64,000 nt of DNA from Diadema antillarum (lineage: Eukaryota). This document shows, one piece after another, positions 10,425-19,825 of the stretch (the first letter of the stretch is position 1; each line of letters begins with the position of its first letter). The notes beneath the pieces were generated by a model. It saw nothing but the letters and a program-made list of their open reading frames with translations, was not told the origin of the DNA and made no database searches. The stretch is from contig NW_027271377.1 in NCBI RefSeq assembly GCF_040938485.1, positions 434,001 to 498,000 of the forward strand. Direction: 5' to 3'. The position numbers and the translations under genes are program-made.

Positions 10425-11140
10425 AAACAAGTAAAGTACAACTGATTGTGGCAAAATGAACTTTTATCCAATCTTAGGAAGATCGTTGTGGAGTATGACA
10501 CGACTGAACCCTGATTGCTTCCTCCCCTTCACTGGACGAGGGATTCCTGGGAACCCTGTCGGTCATGTGACTGGGCTTCACGCACAATCCTTTTGTCTTC
10601 CAGTCATTTTTGAGCAGATTCCGAGAAAGCTGCCTGAAGCACTTTATCTCAGCCATCAAGATTTTTCTTGGAGGTCTTGGCTGTTGTCGTTCGAAATTGT
10701 GCAACCATGTGGCAGAATGGAATCAATCAGCAAAACTAACGCTTCGATCTTCGTAAGTGGAAAGCTGATGTCACTGCTCGTCCATCAAGGTCTTACCGTG
10801 TTTTGCCAGGGATGATGTTGCAGTGAAGAAGCCTGGTTCAGATATCTCAGACATTGAGTACCTGTCTTTGGTGAGGGTGATAGTAAGATTCTTGAAGGCA
10901 TCTACTCACTCCAGCTGTTTTCCACCCATGTGAAACTTTGCCGTAGCGTTGTTTACACTGCCGACTATGACTCTACATTTATAGTCGGTACTATCTTCCA
11001 TCCCATATGCACCCACCCTATTCATGCAAGGCTGTTTGCCACACTTTGGAGTTCCTTGTTGCGCCTCCCAACAGATCTGTGTCTCCTGAAGAGTTCAAGT
11101 TGATGTCAGTGTGGTAGCTGTAAAGTACTTGTGTCATGGT

Positions 11141-11414
11141 TCAAATTCGTGAAATTCTTCCGTCGAGATGTTTTCGTTGCAACTGATTGACAAATTGCCC
11201 TACATCGACGTAAATATGCACTGAATTAAACATCTCGATGGAAGAATTTCATGAATTTGAATAATTACGCAGTACCTGCTGCATGCTATAAGAAGTAGAA
11301 CCAACACTTGCTGTCAGGAGGAAGCTCAGTGGTCTAGTGGAGATGACGCCTGTCCGGCGATCAGAAGGTCGTAGGTTTGAATCCTGCTCGAGTATGTACG
11401 CCCATGATTTCTTC
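11141..11414 (+). mobile_element. 274-bp insertion with a 9-bp TSD carrying a hairpin and a tRNA-like Pol III cassette
   Basis: TGTCATGGT flanks both ends (11132-11140, 11415-11423), and the RTE sequence is collinear across it. Inverted repeat 11141-11173 / 11228-11260; A box TGGTCTAGTGG 11330-11340; B box GGTTTGAATCC 11374-11384. Confidence 0.75.
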
Positions 11415-13389
11415 TGTCATGGTGTTCTCCAGGAAGAGATTGTGGAGGATCAGTGAGAGCGAACAGCCTTCCGGGATTCTAACTGAGGTCTCACGGTGGC
11501 CTGCCAGCTGACTGTGGAGGAGGATCGCACCTGATGAAGGAGTTTTCTGTCACTTCCACGATCTAGATCAGACCCTCTTTGTTCATCCCAGGTGATGTAG
11601 CAGAAGTCAGCAAATGGTATCAACCAGGCATGCGGTGCCACATGGGCAAAAGATACCCCATCAATAGTGATATCGAGTGCATCCATTGAGCAGGCTGTAG
11701 TTGGTCATCACAGTGCCATGTCTGTCAGTTTGTGACTGTTGAATATTCTGCTATCGGCCTGCCAGAGTTATCTGTGAAGACTGAAGCCTTGTTCTCAAGT
11801 GCCCATGTCAGTTTCTGCGGTATGTTGTTGTTTCCTCTGACATGCCTGATTCAATATTTTTGCGCTGTCCAATGATCTACAGAATTGCTCCTTGACTTTG
11901 TTCATCTTCTTCCTTACTAGGCTGTTGGTCTCACAATTCACAGAAACTTTAGAAAGGAACTTATTTTTCATAAGCATAGTTGATTCAAAGAGCCTTTGTT
12001 GTAACTAATACCAATCTTCACCTTATTCTTACATTTTGTTCCAGCAATCAGTGATTATCATTATTTGTAGTGACTGTACATTGTTTTTAGATATATTGTT
12101 ATTTTGTCATCACTGTCAGTTTCATGTGGGGGAAATTTTTTTTTTTCATACAATACTCTTATTTTTTTTTTATGGGGGGGGGAGGCAGAAAGATCTTAGC
12201 TTGTTAGACTTTGTATAGAGTAAAGTTCCCTTTTTGAATGAGGTTGTATTATTATCATTTCGCTGAACTACTGTGAGATTTGTATGTTAGAGTTTTATTC
12301 GTGCAAGTTCTTTTTGGCAGCAATGATTGTGTACACAGGAGGAATAGATGCCTAGGCACCTAATGTACACCAATGTTCGGAGAAAGAATTCTCTGCATGT
12401 ACAGGAGGAATAGAATGCACCCCTTCTCCCTACTGTGTAACAACAGAGAGATTATGCTTAGCCCTTCATACACCCATTGTGGTTTCCAGCCAGTGCCGAG
12501 GTACTGGTCATCCAGCATATGATGTGTTTTTAGTCCATTGACCCCACTGAAAGACTCCTCAACAGGAAAAGAGGAACAACAACAAAAACAACAACGGGAT
12601 ATTGTGGGATTATCTATGACAATGGAATTGATCCCGCTTACAATACAATCTACGAAAGGCAGTAGGCATAGATGTCAACAAAAACAGTGATTACACACAA
12701 AAAAAAAGGATGAACAGAACATGACACCTCGTGCTAATAAACATACACCTGGCTATGTTGAGAGTCAAAGAACTCTCAACATACACCTAGGTACGTTGAA
12801 AAGAACTTTACACTTGCCAATGTTAGTGTGGTTTCAATTAGCCCTGACTTTCATCAGGCTAGCATTGATCAAACGTGGATTGCTATCCAGCAATATGATT
12901 TACTCCTCACTCTTTTTGTTCCCCTCAATGACTGCACTTAGGCCACTAGAATTGCAATTATGATGAATGTTTAAACTTGCTAAGGATGAAATTGAAAATC
13001 CATGATCTGCCATCTCTCCTCCATGTTTCTGACACTAGTTGCACCTGTTGCACCTGTTGGTGTGTGTGTGTGTGTGGGGGGGGGGGGGGAGGGGGAGGGG
13101 GGCAATCAAGGGTTACCAGTGAAAGTGGTCACCCAGACAGGTGAACACAAGATATAAGTGATACCTCTTGCTGATGTTTGGACAAAGCGTACTTTTCTCT
13201 ACAGATTGATTTTGGAGGGGGGGGGGGGGGGGGGGGGTTGGGGTTTCATGAGCCACTCTTGTTGGATTATGACTACCAGCAGATTACCTCTTTAATAGGT
13301 GATCTGATATGATGTGATAGTGTTACTCTATTACCAAATGTCCTATCATTCAGTTTTTACTAAACAAGAAGAGTAGATTTAATAGTAAT

Positions 13390-13623
13390 GGTATATCAGG
13401 GCAATTACCCCCCAAGGACAATTCCCCCCTACCCTCCCTCCCCCCCCCCCCCCCCCTCGGCTAAATACTGGTTAGTGATAAGTTTAAAGTAAGGATTAGG
13501 GTTAGGGTTCAGTTTGGGGTTAGAGTTTGGGTTAGGGTTAGGATTAGGTTCAGGATTATGATATGGGTTAGGGTCAGGGGAAGGTTCTGGGGTAATTGTT
13601 CAGGGGGTAATTGCCCGAGAACC
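13390..13623. mobile_element. MITE with a telomere-like (TTAGGG-variant) core and a 6-bp TSD
   Basis: TIR core GGGCAATTACCCCC / GGGGGTAATTGCCC with termini GGT...ACC. AGTAAT flanks both ends (13384-13389, 13624-13629). Internal GGTTAG/TTAGGG variants lie at about 13495-13575. Confidence 0.75.
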
Positions 13624-15508
13624 AGTAATGGAGTTTGCAACATTAGATTGTAATCACTGGTGCCGAACATTCTGATGTTGCCGTCTCTCCACAACATGTT
13701 GCACCGTCCATGGCTCCAGAGTGGAGTAGGGACGAAATTTAGAAGTGCCTATTTATGTTTTGTTCACGTGTCCAACAAGAGTCCAATCTGTTGGTCATAG
13801 CTATTACTTGTACTCACAAATTTTTCATTCCAGTCCACTAAGTCATTTTGTTTTCTATTTCTTTTCCACTCTGCATATTCTTCCTCATCCCATCTTGCAT
13901 GTCTGGTTTGTTTTTTTCACACCTGCACACCTGCCACTTCACCTGCGTGACACCTGAAAAAAATAACAAACACCCAACAACTACAGTGATGAGAAAAGTG
14001 GACCAGTTTGTCCTGTACAGATTTTGTAGGTGAGTGCGCCTTGACCCCATGACCTCTGGGATGACCTGAATGTAATGACACTTTCACTACCCCTTGCCAA
14101 TTGATGAAATGAGAGTGAACCCCATAGATTGAGCTTCAAAGCATTGTCTAATCCTTTTCTGCATTTGCAAATATTATTTCTTCAAAGGGGCCTTCTGGGT
14201 CAAACACATTTTTAGTCTGTAGATAATCTGACTATGCTGCCATTGGAAAAAGAATAAAAAAGACTTGAAAATTTGATACATTATTTTTGAATGTCTTGTT
14301 CTTATTGGTTGCAGATTACATTCAATGATTTTCAAGCAGTCAATGCCAATTGTTTGCTTGTTTTGTTTGTTTGTTGTTTATTTGCAAATGTGTTGCTGGG
14401 CATGTCTTTGTTTTGTTTAACCCAATACTGATATGTGGATTTTGTCATTTGAAATGTGATTAGAAGAGGCAATGCCTCGGCTGAAAATTTCCCCTGTGTG
14501 GAATTGATTTGATTTCTTGTCGCATTCTGCAGCAGACAGGCGCCAAATATCCAGGATGAATACTCTAGAGATATTTCAAAACACACCTGTTATGAGATTA
14601 CACTTTTTTCTCATACCATCAAAATGAGATTAGCCAAGTGATTTAGAGAATTGAAAGCATTATTTTTTTTTCATGCATGATTGCTGCCAATAAAAGCTGA
14701 TTTTATGTTTTATTTATATGAGATTGTGCATGTAATGTTACCATGCAGATGAGCTTTTTTAAATATTTGTCCAGCACTATATGCATTATATTATTTGATG
14801 ACATTTCACTCTCTCAGTCAAATCAAGTTCACCATTTGGAATGAAAATTATGTTTTTGCATCCTGCCATCAAAAAGGTGTTGATATGTTGATATTTTGAA
14901 GAGTATTTTACCTTGTTTACATTTACACATAACTCTCCCGTATCTGTTGAGTGAGGTATCGTTGAGGGACATTTTCCAGGAAATATGCAAATCAAATCTG
15001 AAAAAAAAATGGAAGACAAACTATTCTTCCTAAAAATCTTGTTTGCTATTTGTGTGATTCACTAACTAAAATCCTCTTAGGACAAAAGGAAATTATTTGA
15101 TGACTGGTCAAGTTCAACTTGACGCTCTCATGTAAAATATGAGCTAGGTAGATGTAAATATTGTATATTCTAAACTTTGTATTGGCGTGTACATGAAATA
15201 CGAAGAAAGTAAACCAAAAAATAACAGGTTCCTGTACATGACCACAGCAAAGATGTGGAGACACATTGCTTGACAAAGAGCCAATCAAGGGAAAGGTATG
15301 ATAATACCAAATGTGATCATCAATACAGATGTACTGTAGGTTCCAAGGAATTTACATTCCTGGACATGAGAAGAAATGTTGAAGTTGAAGTTCAAGTGCC
15401 ATGTTGATATTTCTAGTTATAGACTTGAGAGGGTGTTACTATTTGACCTCTCTGTTATACCACAGACAGGCCAATATTTTGACACTGTTGAAGCATGGTC
15501 AGATTATG

Positions 15509-15665
15509 CAGGGGGGATCCAGAAATTTTGTAAAGAGGGGGTGGGGGTGCCTTTACAGAATTAAAGGGGGCTCACACACCCCATTTTTTCTTTTTAATTC
15601 TTTTGTTTTAACAAAAAGTTAAGGGGGGCATGCACCCTGTGCACCACCGCCTGGATCCGCCACTG
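15509..15665. mobile_element. Small MITE with CAG(T/G)GGCGGATCCAG-type TIRs (hAT-like)
   Basis: CAGGGGGGATCCAG at left and CTGGATCCGCCACTG at right; no clear TSD. Confidence 0.6.
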
Positions 15666-15806
15666 TTATATATACCTTGATTTGGCAATTTTCTTATTAT
15701 TCAAATTTCGTTACATGCAGTGGCTAGTGCTTATTCATAAAACTTTTTCATATAATTACCCCTTCCCCCCCCCTCCCCCCCCCCCCCCCCCCCCCCGAAT
15801 CTCCAG

Positions 15807-15845
15807 ATGTTTGTGAATAAAGAAGAGAGGGACACCTTCTTGTGA
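15807..15845 (+). CDS. PLEKHA1: Probable terminal coding exon of PLEKHA1/2: MFVNKEERDTFL*
   Basis: Poly-C tract then ctccAG at 15805-15806. Phase 0 joins the 8017-8100 exon and gives a C-terminal T-F-L, a class I PDZ-ligand pattern (TAPP1 is known to end in a PDZ ligand). An AT-rich UTR-like region follows, with AATAAA at 16087. There is no homology support for the tail itself. Confidence 0.6.
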   Translation: MFVNKEERDTFL

Positions 15846-18800
15846 GAAGGAGCACAATGCCGGAGAAGTCTCCTAAGTGACTGTGACCAGCTTCCCCGCT
15901 CCCAGAGCCATCTCTCATCAACTTCCAGCGTCGTCTTCTCTGTGTCGTCATGACTACCAGCTGGAGGGCATCAAAACCCAACCTTTCCATATCATCTGCC
16001 GTGGATGCGAGGATCACATCCACCGTACAGTGTCCCCTCGTTCAGACGGAGAACATTAGTTGTCGTAATGTTAGAAAATCAAAGGAAATAAAATGAAGTT
16101 TTCCTCCAAAAGTGTTCAAAGTTGGTGACTTGAAAGTCCGACCTGTGTGAGTTTAATTCTTCCCCCCTAGGTCTGTCTCCCAAAGTTTCTGTACGGGATG
16201 TCCTGTGATATCATATTCACTGAAGATCAGATCTGACTCTCTCTCTCTCTGATCCGTATGTCTTTATCAGATAATGAATGACCAAAAAAACAGAAAAGAA
16301 AAAAGAAATGAACCTGGACATGGCTACATGTAACTTTAGTGATGACTGACAAGGGTTTAGCAGTGTAAGCTTTTCCTGTAAACTCTTCATTGTTCTTTCA
16401 AAAAGTGTAAAATCAAGCAAATCTGAATCTAAAATTATAGCTGTGCTTAAGACTTTGATCTTGGCGAAGTGTTTTTACATCACTTTTCATTTTACACATG
16501 TGATGGTCATTTTGGTCGGAAGGAGATGAAAACCTCGATTCTAACGTGGGCAATTTGTTGTGAATGATAAACTACTTAATTCTTTTCTTTTGGCAATCTA
16601 CAAGTTATTTGCTCAAGTGAAAAAAAAATTTGATGCAAATCTTGAAATGATTTTTTTTTCAAAGAAACATCATGTTCCTTTACAACAGAACAATTTAATG
16701 TGTTCACTAAATGACTCTTCATTTACTTGGAACTCATTATCTAAGTCCACATTGTAGCATTAAAGACCCCTGTAATCAGAGAGTAATTTGAATAAGATCG
16801 TATTTCAGTTGAACCTCTTATATTCTGCCAGTTTCATGTCTTGATTGTTTTTACCACCATGCCATGGCTTTTGCACTGCTCTGAGGACAAAAACAGTTAC
16901 TACGAGAAAACAATATTTTGTACGGCTGAGAATTAAAAAGTTATTTCTGCTCTTGGTATGACAAACGTGTATTTTCTTTCTCACCCAAAGCAACATCATT
17001 CCTTTGAAAAAAAGAGTCATTTTTTCATGTATCTGTGTATGTATATACAAACATGGATATTGAGCTGTTGTTTAAGTGTAAACATAGACATTGTAGAATA
17101 GATCTGTTTGGGTGTTCATAATCTCATATTAATTTGTAGGGGAGGGGGAGCACAGAAAAGAAAAGAATACTTCCAAAAGATACAAAATATAAAATACATG
17201 TATATCAATGTTATCCAGACACAAATTCATCAAAACAGGGGAAAATCTGTTTTTTATTATCTAGAGCCTAGGACATATATTTTCACGATGTTCCCATGAA
17301 ATTAAAAGCACACTGACAGTTCAAGCAGGAATAATGTTCATATCACTATCATTTCTTCTTTTTTTCATAATCTATTTATTTGATTGACATCTTGAATCTT
17401 GTGGACAAGTTTTGTATGTTATCTTTTCCACTCTTGTTTTCATCTAGAAACATACTCTTTTTTTTTTAATGAAAAACATGTCAGAAAATCACACGTGGGT
17501 CATGTAAACTTGTGGACAGTTTGGACCTAATGCTGGGCCTTGATATTCGAAACATTTTGAGTGAAGCAATTAAAATTGCAATAGCTTCTTACCAATGGCA
17601 GTGCTTTTTTTCCTTTTGTACGATATTTTCTTACCAGAATTATGTATATAGAAGAATATTGTATATGAATTGTATGTGTAAAGAGTATATTAAGCGAGTT
17701 TATCAAGGCTCTTTCATATAGTATGATGCACCAGTGCTCATTTCCGTTTTTGAAAAACTCTTGGGAATATTTTGAGTGAAATCTCATTGTGTTTTATGTC
17801 TCTCTTCTTTTTTTCTTGTTCTTTTTTGTCATTGCATTAATATTATCATAGATGTATGTATGCTATGATGTCTTGTAATTTTGTGGATTTATGCGAGGAG
17901 GAAATAGCTGAAAATGATTTGGCCTTCAGTAAAAGGGATTTGTTATTCTTTTATTGTATCAGTAATCATGATTGTGATTTAAGACAGACCTGAGTGTCAC
18001 ATTGGAATTCCCTTTCTCCCAACTCGACGATGTGATGTTGGTTTCCAATCTGTGAATCCATCAGGAATATTCTGATCTGTCTTCAGAGTTACATTGTGAT
18101 TACAGTTGTTGTCGGGAAAGAAATATATATTTGGTCACAGAATGTGTCAGATGGCAAACTGACAATATATTCTGAGTTGTTAGAGAGATGGGGGGGGGGG
18201 GGGAGAGTAAAGCCACATTCATCTTGTGTAATTTCCGCAAGGAGTACTGATTCTTGGAACTGCAAAGACTGTTTTCCTTTGTTTTCGTGAATATTTTGTG
18301 GCATGGAATATTCGTGTTAAGGGACATTCCTGTATTACAGCTGTCATTCTTTTCAGACCAAAAAAAAAAGAAGACCAGCAAACAAGCCAAAAGTTATATA
18401 CATGTAGTTTCATACAAGGAAGAGCAATAATGTATGACATGTTGCTCGTCTGTGTTTGTATGTGATTGCAAGTTCCATCAGTAATTCGGTCAGATTTTGG
18501 TGGTGTGATGTGTTTTGAGGTTATTAATGCCCTACAGAATGTCTCATTTGTGAAGTCTGATGGCAACTATTGTTACGACTGCCGTGAAAGGATTTTAGTG
18601 TCCTGCCGGATAAGGTGAAGAATGACATTTCATGGGATGGTGTGAAGGGGCTGTACCAAGGAGGTTTAAGAGTTGGAGTTCCAACTGGCTGTAATTATTC
18701 AAACAGTTGTCAGATTTCTATTGATGTACAAATGAATTCCACAGGTGCATTCATGCCCTTGATGATCGATGTTCGACGCCGCCGTCTTGCTGAGCAATCT

Positions 18801-19214
18801 GAAGATTCATTTTGAACGTTAACATAATGTTGGCCATATTTTGCTTGTTTATTTATTAAATGAAATGAAATTTCAGTTAATGATTAAGCATGTAAAACAA
18901 AAGTCAATCCCATCCAGAAATTTGTGCAAAAGTGCAAATCAGAGCTGTATCATGTGAAAATGTTTAAAATTGTACCATCCTGGAAAGCCGGTTTTATCAC
19001 TTTTCCACTAAATTTCCACAAATAAAACTAATATGGAATAATCTTCAATATCTATCAGATTAGTGCCCAGGTATGCCCAGTCGAGTAATTTTCATCTTAA
19101 TTTCAGCATTTTTTGGTGCAATTTCTGTTCACGCATCCTCGTGTCTGTACCACCTACCTTTTATAAGAAGGGATAGCGAAAAGTACTTATCATTATAAAG
19201 ATATATCTCTCTTA

Positions 19215-19825
19215 AGGCCCGGTCACACTGCCCAAAAGTCGCGTAAACGCATGAATCACGCAAGAAATTTGATTGTGCGTGCTTGTCCGTCGAGAATTTT
19301 CGCTGATCTACGCGATGGAAATCACCTATGAATTGCGCAAGAACTACGGAATGATCACGCAAAAATCCCTAACAAACCACGCACTTTCAGCGCATAGGCA
19401 CGCAAAGGCCCCAAATAGGGCGAATTCGTGGTTGTGCGCGACGACTGAGGTCCACGGAAAACCACGCATAATCTGCGCATTATCACTATGAACTGCGCAT
19501 GAACGCGATAGCGGCAACTTTTTCGCGAACGATCACTGATATTCCACTCATATTTCGCATTGTTCGCGTAAGAACTACGCAAACTACACAAAAATTACGT
19601 AAAACAGCGCAATACTACGTAAACTTTTACGCGAAGCCGAGTTTTGAACTGCTCAAAACATGGAATCGCGTAAAGCGTCGATCCCGACGCACATCGGCGG
19701 ACAACTACGAAGGTTCCACGTCAGACAAACTCATGAAATGCGCAAATCGCGCATTTATCGCGTAAGGCTCGAATTTCTATGTGATTCATGCGTTTACGCG
19801 AGTTTTTGGCAGTGTGACTGGGCCT
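19215..19825. mobile_element. 611-bp PIF/Harbinger-type MITE
   Basis: TIRs AGGCCCGGTCACACTGCCCAAAAGTCGCGTAAACGCATGAATCAC / GTGATTCATGCGTTTACGCGAGTTTTTGGCAGTGTGACTGGGCCT. TTA TSD at 19212-19214 and 19826-19828. The interior is CpG-rich. Confidence 0.9.

Larger units (their letters stand above)
10106..10470 (+). mobile_element. 5'-truncated Penelope-like element (GIY-YIG C-terminus and 3' end) with an inverted copy of its 3' end
   Basis: 10214-10377 encodes ..RWIREVIHIHKQQGRTFNRDLGQYLLSSIYSPIL..*, the E..I...NRD.G pattern that ends PLE GIY-YIG domains. 10106-10213 and 10363-10470 are 108-bp inverted repeats. Confidence 0.8.
9884..11980 (-). mobile_element. Decayed RTE-clade LINE (RT and 3' end), interrupted by two later insertions
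   Basis: Frameshifted minus-strand remnants include EGCSLSLILHNLFLENTM (QGCLLSP motif), DLLGG, GAYGMEDST, VDAFKNL..TLTKD, EIKCFRQL and CWMDSGKGWT. There is a short GTGAG/GTGAT-like tail at about 9884-9905. The 5' boundary is approximate. Confidence 0.8.

Noticed and set aside
11323-11394. Functional tRNA gene
   Set aside because: The anticodon stem and loop and the acceptor stem are mispaired, the B box is mutated (TTTGAAT), and it lies inside a TSD-flanked insertion.
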